Shown: piece after piece, positions 57,454 through 64,000 of the stretch
Layout of the letters: each line of letters starts with the position of its first letter
Numbering within the stretch: the stretch's first letter is position 1
Assembly (NCBI GenBank): GCA_963663165.1
Contig: OY760175.1
Location: 6,464,001-6,528,000, forward strand
DNA length: 64,000 nt
Reading direction: 5' to 3'
Source of the DNA: an uncultured Desulfospira sp.
GTDB lineage: Bacteria > Desulfobacterota > Desulfobacteria > Desulfobacterales > Desulfobacteraceae
Notes under the pieces: model-generated
Databases searched by the model: none
Told to the model about the DNA's origin: nothing
Seen by the model: the letters and a program-made list of their open reading frames with translations, nothing else
Translations under genes and position numbers: made by a program

Positions 57454-57747
57454 ATGGAGCAACTCCTTCTTAACATCGGTTTTGGCAATACAGTGGTGGC
57501 AGAACGGGTGGTGGCCATCCTCTCTCCAAATTCGTCGCCCATGAAACGGCTCAAGGACGAGGCAAGACAAGAACGGTGCCTCGTTGATGTGACCCACGGC
57601 CGGAAGACCCGGGCCATCATTCTCATGGATTCCAACCATGTCATTTTGTCGGCTATCCAGGCGGAAACCGTAGCTGCCAGGTTCGAGGCTCTCATGAAAG
57701 AGCAGGAAGAAAAAAAGAATCTGAAGGCAGGGGGCGCAAATGGATAA
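57454..57747 (+). CDS. remA: DUF370 / RemA family protein
   Basis: [38 protein letters not shown]; yicC-remA-gmk synteny. Confidence 0.9.
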   Translation: MEQLLLNIGFGNTVVAERVVAILSPNSSPMKRLKDEARQERCLVDVTHGRKTRAIILMDSNHVILSAIQAETVAARFEALMKEQEEKKNLKAGGANG

Positions 57748-58300
57748 AAAAGGAACGCTCTTTGTGGTTTCGGCCCCTTCCGGGGCGGGAAAGACCACCC
57801 TGGTGACCCGGGTGTTAAACCGTTTTCCTCGGCTGTCTTATTCAGTGTCCCATACCACAAGGCAGCCCCGGACCGGCGAAGTTCACGGTAAAGATTATTT
57901 TTTTGTAACCCCGGATGAATTTAGGGGGATGGTAGACCGGGGCATGATGCTGGAATGGGCCAAGGTTCATGATAATTACTATGGCACCTCCAGAGCCTTT
58001 GTGGAAAAGACGTTGGAAAAAGGGGACAGCCTGATCATGGATATTGATGTCCAGGGGGCTTATCAGATCATGGATGCCGATCTTAAATCCGTATCCATTT
58101 TTATCATGCCGCCGTCCATGGAAGTCCTTGAGCAACGGCTTAAAAACCGGAGAACCGAACCAAAAGACGTGATTGCCATGCGCCTGGAAAATGCCAGAAA
58201 AGAAATCGCACAAAAAGATAGATATACCCATGTGATCGTTAACGATCAGTTAGACCGGGCTGTGGAAGAGATCTGTGCCATATTTGAACGCAATATTTAG
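57740..58300 (+). CDS. gmk: Guanylate kinase
   Basis: [46 protein letters not shown]. Confidence 0.96.
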   Translation: MDKKGTLFVVSAPSGAGKTTLVTRVLNRFPRLSYSVSHTTRQPRTGEVHGKDYFFVTPDEFRGMVDRGMMLEWAKVHDNYYGTSRAFVEKTLEKGDSLIMDIDVQGAYQIMDADLKSVSIFIMPPSMEVLEQRLKNRRTEPKDVIAMRLENARKEIAQKDRYTHVIVNDQLDRAVEEICAIFERNI

Positions 58301-58301
58301 G

Positions 58302-58385
58302 GGTGGGGCCTGGGACCTGGGATATGGGACTTGGGGTGCCGAGCGCCTTTTTCCGCAAGCCCCATATCCCATGTCTCATCTCCCG
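58302..58385. repeat. TGGGACT-type heptamer inverted array
   Basis: ggggcctgggacctgggatatgggacttgggg versus gccccatatcccatgtctcatctccc. Confidence 0.75.
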
Positions 58386-58426
58386 GATATCGAAATATTA
58401 TCGGCCGGGACAGGGAATATTATCTG

Positions 58427-59194
58427 ATGGCAAAAAAACAATCATGGGAAATTTTATTCGGGTTCCATTCAGTGGCCGAGGCTATAAAGGCCGGCAAACG
58501 GCAGTTTGAGGCCGTGTTTATTTCAGGCCACAGGACCGGCAGCCGGGCCGAACACATCATGGCCCTGGCCCGGGACAAAGGCGTTTCCTTAGAGGCCAGG
58601 GAGCCTGCCGTTCTGGATAAGCTCACCGGGGGCGCTGTTCACCAGGGGATTGCTGCCAAAGTCAGCCCTTTCCCCACCCGTTCCGGACTGGATATCGTCC
58701 ATGACATACAAAAAGAAGACCGGCCATGCTTCATCCTTGTCCTGGAAAACATTGAAGATCCCCATAATCTGGGGGCACTGATCCGGACGGCCCTGTGCGC
58801 CGGGGCGGACGGCATTATGATCCCTAAAAACCGGTCCGCCCTGCCGTCTCCCACTGTCTCACGGACATCGGCAGGGGCCATGGAGCATGCCAATATTTAT
58901 ATGCTGACCAATACAGCTTCGGTTTTAAGAGGGCTTAAGGAAAACGGGGTGTGGGTATATGGGCTTGAAGCCGGGGGAAATGACAGCCTTTACAACACCG
59001 ACCTTACCGGAAGCATTGCCCTTGTTGTGGGCGGGGAACACAAAGGGGTAAGGCCCGGGGTCCGAAAAGAGTGTGATTTTTTATTGTCTATTCCCATTTC
59101 AGGACAGATCAATTCCCTGAACGCCTCGGTAGCCGGCGGGATTGCCATGTTTGAGGCCCGGCGCCAGCGCCGGGCCCTTGTAAATTTAGATTAG
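58427..59194 (+). CDS. rlmB: 23S rRNA (guanosine-2251-2'-O)-methyltransferase, SPOUT family
   Basis: GFHSVAEA, HQGI-A, DPHNLGALIRTA, SAGA, G-EHKG, SLNASVA. Confidence 0.9.
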   Translation: MAKKQSWEILFGFHSVAEAIKAGKRQFEAVFISGHRTGSRAEHIMALARDKGVSLEAREPAVLDKLTGGAVHQGIAAKVSPFPTRSGLDIVHDIQKEDRPCFILVLENIEDPHNLGALIRTALCAGADGIMIPKNRSALPSPTVSRTSAGAMEHANIYMLTNTASVLRGLKENGVWVYGLEAGGNDSLYNTDLTGSIALVVGGEHKGVRPGVRKECDFLLSIPISGQINSLNASVAGGIAMFEARRQRRALVNLD

Positions 59195-59250
59195 CCCTTA
59201 GCCTTTAGCTGTTCGCCCTTAGCCGGCTGATTGCTGACAGCTAACAGCTA
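59191..59250. repeat. GCTAACA-type heptamer inverted array
   Basis: ttagcccttagcctttagctgtt versus gctgacagctaacagctaaa. Confidence 0.7.
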
Positions 59251-59266
59251 AAATCCAAGGAGCATT

Positions 59267-60610
59267 TTGCCAAGTTCCAAAAATAATCCGGAAAAGTTAA
59301 GAGCCGCCGCAACGGCCATATTCCAGGCCGGCATTCAGGCCGTATCCCCTGAAACCTTTATCCGCCGGTATCTTCACCTGTCCGGGGATCATCTTCAGGT
59401 CGGCGGCCGGTCTTACCGCCTTGGCAAAACCAGCCGGCTGTTTCTCATTGGTGCGGGAAAGGCCTCGGCAGCCATGGCAGAGCAGGCGGAAGAGATCCTC
59501 GGGGACCGGATTCATGACGGGCTGGTCATTACCAAGTACGATCATGGGAAACCCCTTAAGTATTGTGCCTTAATGGAAGCCGGCCACCCTGTCCCTGATG
59601 CCAACGGCGAGGCCGGGGCCGATGCCCTTTTGGACCTGGTCTCCACAGCCGGCTCCGATGATTTGATTTTGTGCATGATTTCGGGCGGGGCGTCGGCATT
59701 AACCCCGGCACCGGCCAAAGGGCTCACCCTTACCGATAAACGGGAAACCACCCGGCTTTTACTGGCCTGCGGGGCTTCCATCCACGAAATCAACACCATC
59801 CGGAAACACTTGTCCCGGATCAAGGGGGGTCAGTTGTGCCGGGCGTCAAACCATGCCCGGATGGTCTCGTTGATTTTGTCCGACGTGATCGGGGATGATC
59901 TGGATATGATCGGATCCGGTATGACCGCACCGGACAGGGGGACGTTTCAGGACTGCTATGCCATCCTTAACCGTTACGGCCTCTGGGACCGTATCCCTGA
60001 ACCGGTTCAGGCCCGGCTTACCGACGGGATGGAAGGCCGGATAAGGGAGACGCCCAAACCGGGCAGCCCCGAATTCGACCGTGTGCAGAATCAGATTGTG
60101 GGGTGTCTCACCCATGCCCTGAAGGCTGCCGGCCAGAAGGCCCAGACGTTAGGGTTTCATCCTTTGATCCTGTCTTCCATGATCCAGGGTGAGGCAAAAG
60201 AGGCGGCCAAGGTGCTATGCGCCATTGCAAAGGAGGTTTTAAATTCAGCAAATCCCTTGCCCGCACCGGCCTGCCTTCTTTCCGGCGGCGAGACCACCGT
60301 TACCCTCAAGGCAGACGGCAAAGGCGGCCGGAATACCGAATTTGCCCTGGCGGCCGGAATAGAGCTTGCCGGAGAGGATAATATTCTTCTTTTGTCTGCC
60401 GGGACCGACGGCAGTGACGGGCCCACTGATGCGGCCGGTGCCTTTGCCGATCATACCACCCTTGACCGGGCGGCCCAAATGGGCCTGTCTGCCTTGGAGG
60501 CCCTTAACTGGCATGATTCATACCGGTTTTTTGAACCGATAGGGGACCTGTTCATCACCGGTCCGACCCAAACCAATGTCATGGACCTTCAGATTTTTCT
60601 AATGGAATAG
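59267..60610 (+). CDS. Glycerate kinase type 2 (DUF4147 + MOFRL)
   Basis: GAGKAS, AGHPVPD, ISGGASAL, N-IRKHLS-IKGG, SDVIGDD, GGETTV, GGRN, GTDGSDGPT, TGPT-TNVMD. Confidence 0.93.
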   Translation: MPSSKNNPEKLRAAATAIFQAGIQAVSPETFIRRYLHLSGDHLQVGGRSYRLGKTSRLFLIGAGKASAAMAEQAEEILGDRIHDGLVITKYDHGKPLKYCALMEAGHPVPDANGEAGADALLDLVSTAGSDDLILCMISGGASALTPAPAKGLTLTDKRETTRLLLACGASIHEINTIRKHLSRIKGGQLCRASNHARMVSLILSDVIGDDLDMIGSGMTAPDRGTFQDCYAILNRYGLWDRIPEPVQARLTDGMEGRIRETPKPGSPEFDRVQNQIVGCLTHALKAAGQKAQTLGFHPLILSSMIQGEAKEAAKVLCAIAKEVLNSANPLPAPACLLSGGETTVTLKADGKGGRNTEFALAAGIELAGEDNILLLSAGTDGSDGPTDAAGAFADHTTLDRAAQMGLSALEALNWHDSYRFFEPIGDLFITGPTQTNVMDLQIFLME

Positions 60611-60677
60611 TGGCTTAAAAAATAAAAAAAGATTGAAAATTAAACCAGGCTCTGATATACAAGCTAAGTTTTTTTGC

Positions 60678-60754
60678 GGTGGGTGTAGCTCAGTTGGTAG
60701 AGCACCAGGTTGTGGCCCTGGTGGTCGCCGGTTCAATCCCGGTCACTCACCCCA
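60678..60754 (+). tRNA. tRNA-His (GTG) with encoded G-1 and CCA
   Basis: Acceptor GTGGGTG/CACTCAC, anticodon arm CCAGG-TTGTGGC-CCTGG, GGTTCAATCC T-arm, C73 discriminator. Confidence 0.96.
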
Positions 60755-60767
60755 TCAAAAAATAATC

Positions 60768-60793
60768 AAAGCAGCTTCCCAGCTGCTTTTTTT
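60768..60793. terminator. Terminator hairpin after tRNA-His (probably bidirectional)
   Basis: AAAGCAGCT-tccc-AGCTGCTTT plus T run. Confidence 0.7.
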
Positions 60794-60818
60794 ATGCCCG
60801 GGGAACCCTTTTTTATTT

Positions 60819-61733
60819 TTATAATCCGCGCATGTATTCCGGACGCCGGACCGCCGGGTCTTTGATCCCCTGTTCAATTCTGGATAAAAAGTCTTGTTTG
60901 TCTCTGCCAAGTTCCCCTTTTAAACTCAGGTAATTGGACGCATGATTGGTGTTGAAAATACAACCGTTGAGATCATTGTCGGTATGGGTGATCAGGGTGT
61001 GCAGTTCCTCTAAGATCTGGGTGGGGGTACAGGGGTGAAACTTATTTTCCATGGCCCAGGCCAGGATTTCCGATCCCGGGGTCATTTCTAAGGTGAGGGG
61101 GGAAATATACCATTTCCGTGGTACGGGCGGGGCCATCCGGTTGATCAGCCGGGCAGACTCCACCGCATGGCTATGGCTTTTTTCAGGGTCATTGCCGGCA
61201 AGGCCCAAAAGAAAAATGCCGGACCAGTCAATTTGGGCCTGGTGGCATTTCTGGGCGGCCTTTGCATAATCATCCTGAGTGGCGCCTTTGTTGCAGTCTT
61301 TAAGGACCTGGTTGTCCCCGCTTTCAATCCCCACATAAACCATGGTAAATCCGGCAAGGGCCAGCTGCTTTAACTCCTCATCCGATTTTTTAAGGATATC
61401 CTTGACATGGGCGTAAGAGCTGACCTTTCTCAGATTGGGGAACTGCTGGTAAGAAAACCGGGTCAACTCAATTAAGATCTCCGGCTTAACCACAAAGGCA
61501 TTGCCGTCCTCAAAGAATATCTTTTCAACCCGGGGGCCGAACAGCTGGGCGGCCTTTCGAATATCGTTCTTAATTTCTTCAATATCCTTGCGCATTGAAA
61601 ATTTTTTGGTCCGGTACATGGAGCAGAAGGTACATCGGTGAGTGCATCCGGTGGTTACACTGATTAACAATGCGTCCCACTCCGAAGGGGGTCTGTATAC
61701 AGGTTCTACCAGGTTGCCAACATCCATGTTCAT
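60819..61733 (-). CDS. Radical SAM protein
   Basis: PVYRPPSE, GCTHRCTFCSMY (CxxxCxxC), F-EDGNA, YVGIESG, NHASNYL. Confidence 0.9.
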   Translation of the reverse strand: MNMDVGNLVEPVYRPPSEWDALLISVTTGCTHRCTFCSMYRTKKFSMRKDIEEIKNDIRKAAQLFGPRVEKIFFEDGNAFVVKPEILIELTRFSYQQFPNLRKVSSYAHVKDILKKSDEELKQLALAGFTMVYVGIESGDNQVLKDCNKGATQDDYAKAAQKCHQAQIDWSGIFLLGLAGNDPEKSHSHAVESARLINRMAPPVPRKWYISPLTLEMTPGSEILAWAMENKFHPCTPTQILEELHTLITHTDNDLNGCIFNTNHASNYLSLKGELGRDKQDFLSRIEQGIKDPAVRRPEYMRGL

Positions 61734-61846
61734 AAGGTTATCTATCCTTTCAACGGCCTTTGCCGGTTAATATGTTTTTGTCCACTATATGCAATGATCT
61801 TTAAGGAGATCAAATGATTTTTCATTTTTGCCGGGTGGCCCGCCTA

Positions 61847-61874
61847 TTGACAACCCGGATTTCCTTGTTAAAAT
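61847..61874 (+). promoter_or_regulatory. sigma70-type promoter
   Basis: TTGACA-N16-TAAAAT with TGn extension. Confidence 0.55.
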
Positions 61875-62071
61875 AAATCCGTAACCCGTTTTCTTTTCAG
61901 GCGGTTGCAAAAGCCAAAGCATCTGCCGTGGTCAATAACGATTTTTTGTTGAATTTTTTGACAAATTCCCGGTGATCCGGAAATTTAAGGTTTCAAATTT
62001 ATTTGCAGAAAACAGTTTAAGGGGGCCATCCCCATATTTTTTTTGCAACCCGTATCAAAAAGGAGAATACC

Positions 62072-62254
62072 ATGAGCACTCCCCAGCATTGCCCCGGTTT
62101 TGAGCAGTTCAAAGATCTTAAATCCTTTACCTGTAAATGCCACAAATGTGGAACCCAAAATGAAATTTTTTCAGACGAATTTGACAAGGCCCATAAATGC
62201 AGGAGCTGCGGCGAAGAAATTGATTTTACAACCTGTTCTTATGAGGCTGGATAA
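62072..62254 (+). CDS. Small zinc-ribbon protein (60 aa)
   Basis: HCPG, CHKCG..EIFSDE..CRSCG; AGGAG RBS. Confidence 0.75.
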   Translation: MSTPQHCPGFEQFKDLKSFTCKCHKCGTQNEIFSDEFDKAHKCRSCGEEIDFTTCSYEAG

Positions 62255-62271
62255 CCCTTAAAAATAGACTC

Positions 62272-62327
62272 CCGGCCGGGCCAAGGCCGATGCGTTCAGT
62301 CTAACGCCTTGGCCCGGCCGGTTTTTG
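62272..62327. terminator. GC-rich hairpin between convergent genes
   Basis: CCGGCCGGGCCAAGG / CCTTGGCCCGGCCGG then TTTTT. Confidence 0.65.
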
Positions 62328-62360
62328 TCACAAAGATTCATCACCGGACATTTCAAATTC

Positions 62361-62882
62361 TCAACATTTTTCACTGTCACGCTGGCATTCACCTTCCCGG
62401 TGCTTTTCCGACAGCCGGACCTTTCGCCTGGCCAGGGCCTCTTTGTGCCGCCGTTTTTCCTCCGGGGTTTCGGGTATTAGCGGCGGAACCGGGCAGGGCC
62501 GCTGATCCTGTCCCAGCGCAACAAAGGTCAGATACGCCGAAGCCAGATGGGTAACCTTTCCGGTCAACAGGTCCTCTGTTTCCACCCTGGCCCCGATTTC
62601 CATTGAGGTTTTTCCGGTCATGTTAATGGCCGCCTTTACCGTAACCAGATTACCGATAAACGCGGGTTTGTAAAAATCAAGCCGGTCAATGGATGCGGTA
62701 ACACAGATTTTTCTGGTATGCCGAACCGCCGCGACTCCAGCGGCATTGTCTATTTCCTTCATGATGACCCCGCCGTGGATGATGCCGGCCGGGTTGGCAT
62801 CTTCAGGAAGCATGACCCTGGAGATCAGAACCAGGGAGTCTGAGACGCATTTTTTGTTAGCTTCAGATTGTTGGTTGGACAT
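62361..62882 (-). CDS. Acyl-CoA thioesterase (hotdog, YciA-like)
   Basis: P-DANPAG-IHGG-IMK-ID, VTASID, G-TSMEIG, AYLTFVAL; start 62882 or 62888. Confidence 0.92.
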   Translation of the reverse strand: MSNQQSEANKKCVSDSLVLISRVMLPEDANPAGIIHGGVIMKEIDNAAGVAAVRHTRKICVTASIDRLDFYKPAFIGNLVTVKAAINMTGKTSMEIGARVETEDLLTGKVTHLASAYLTFVALGQDQRPCPVPPLIPETPEEKRRHKEALARRKVRLSEKHREGECQRDSEKC

Positions 62883-63091
62883 GGTCACCTCGGATGTTTA
62901 GCGGTTAAAAGTGGTAAAATTATGGTCCTGTTTTGTTTTGTGGTTACCATAGTTTTAAGGTTGAGCCCATATGATAGGGGCTTAACCGGTTCAGTCAAGA
63001 AAAGCGTGTGGGATTCTTTTTTTTTCCTGACAATCCTATTCCCGGTGTTCTTATCCTGGCCCATCTGTTCTGCCATCCAGGGTGAAATGTG

Positions 63092-63143
63092 GTTTTAATC
63101 AAGTTCTAATCAGTTTTAATCAAGTTCTAATCATGGGCTAATC
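63092..63143 (+). promoter_or_regulatory. Five TAATC direct repeats at helical-turn spacing (Pho-box-like)
   Basis: TAATC at 63096, 63107, 63117, 63128, 63139; exact 21-bp duplication gttttaatcaagttctaatca. Confidence 0.6.
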
Positions 63144-63241
63144 TTTAAGTGGAATAATCCAAACCGTATGGTGCTCCATCCTCTGGCAGCGGGAAGGACC
63201 ATCAAAACGCAAAATAGTTTTTCAAAAAAAGGAGAAGAACC

Positions 63242-63781
63242 ATGTTGCTTATTAAAAGAAGTATTTTAGCACTCATGATGTTAAGCGGGGTTGCTCTTTT
63301 TGCCTTCCCCGGCAATGCCATGGCAGCTCGTTACAGCCTGGATATCATGAGTGACGACCTTTCAAGCACGTTAGTTGACTTGAACTCTTTCCAGATTGAC
63401 ATTGTCTATTCAGATTCCGACCTGGACTTTGGCTACTGGATTGTCAGTGATGCTCTGGATCAGATCGGTGTAACCGATAACAGTACCGGCAGCGACGGTT
63501 CAGGGACAGCATCCATCAGCATCACTCTTGACAGTTCCTATCTCCTGGCCAGTAATGTCACCCTGCTCACCTTATACTTCTGGGGGGGGACTGATGCTCA
63601 GTCTGCGGTAGATGCCGTTTATCTTTCCAACGTAACTGTAGACGGTGCCCAGTGGACATCCGCTAGTGATTCAAGCAACGGTGCCATAACCATAGCCCCT
63701 GTTCCCGTACCCACCAGCCTTGGTCTTCTGGGAATCAGCCTTCTGTGCCTCACCAAAATTTCCAGAAAAGAAAAAAATTAA
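63242..63781 (+). CDS. PEP-CTERM (VPVP variant) protein, possible cohesin-like beta-sandwich
   Basis: Signal peptide ending AMA, S/D/T-rich body, C-terminal PVPVPTSLGLLGISLLCLTKISRKEKN. Confidence 0.82.
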   Translation: MLLIKRSILALMMLSGVALFAFPGNAMAARYSLDIMSDDLSSTLVDLNSFQIDIVYSDSDLDFGYWIVSDALDQIGVTDNSTGSDGSGTASISITLDSSYLLASNVTLLTLYFWGGTDAQSAVDAVYLSNVTVDGAQWTSASDSSNGAITIAPVPVPTSLGLLGISLLCLTKISRKEKN

Positions 63782-63803
63782 TTCTATTCTCTTTTTTCTC
63801 TTA

Positions 63804-63835
63804 AGCCCTGTGAAAATCAATTCACAGGGCTTTCT
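63804..63835 (+). terminator. Rho-independent terminator
   Basis: AAGCCCTGTGAA-N-TTCACAGGGCTT followed by T-rich tract. Confidence 0.8.
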
Positions 63836-63934
63836 GTTTTTTACCCCTTTGGCATCGTTTCATTGCCGGGAATAGACAAATGGGACAACGACTGGTATAA
63901 GACGGTTTAATATATAAATTGCTGAGGATAAACC

Positions 63935-64000
63935 ATGCCAATGACCAGGATGAAAAAAATGTTTTCTACAGTCACCCGAACATTTATTGTCTGTTTTTTT
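63935..64000 (+). CDS. Start of a gene truncated by window end (possible signal peptide)
   Basis: GAGG RBS then ATG, open frame to end of window. Confidence 0.4.
   Translation, partial: MPMTRMKKMFSTVTRTFIVCFF

Noticed and set aside
60633..60824. 63-aa ORF
   Set aside because: It overlaps tRNA-His.
60678..64000. Genomic island integrated at tRNA-His
   Set aside because: No integrase and no duplicated tRNA 3' end are seen in the window.

Overview
The window is chromosomal DNA that, from its gene content and style, looks like a sulfate-reducing deltaproteobacterium (Desulfobacteraceae-like; this is inference). 1-20 kb holds housekeeping and metabolic genes: acyl-CoA dehydrogenase/EtfBA, a eukaryote-type phosphagen (arginine) kinase, a TetR regulator, a MoxR-DUF58-Bat operon, DJ-1, gpsA, an EAL-CBS-GGDEF protein, an AAA_14/DUF4143 ATPase and an aminotransferase. 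About 20.5-46 kb is a large cell-surface locus. It runs from Pho-box-like direct repeats and a c-di-GMP-I riboswitch into a PEP-CTERM protein, a secreted PstS-like protein and two exported SlyD-type FKBP lipoproteins. These are followed by a TpsB/TpsA pair (3245-aa acidic DUF3739-type hemagglutinin), a DUF2341-LamG-ExbB/ExbD/TonB motor with no TonB-dependent receptor, a putative porin, accessory proteins, Skp and a SurA-N lipoprotein. 46-64 kb holds an MCP, proA-proB, a U32 protein, msbA-Trm112-DUF4416-yicC-remA-gmk-rlmB-glycerate kinase, tRNA-His, a radical SAM gene, a thioesterase and a second PEP-CTERM gene with the same direct-repeat promoter motif. Intergenic spaces carry several families of inverted heptamer arrays, a GTAG-type REP doublet and MITE-like palindromes. 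No CRISPR array, rRNA, transposase or phage gene was recognised. All calls come from motif reading by eye; no database search was run.
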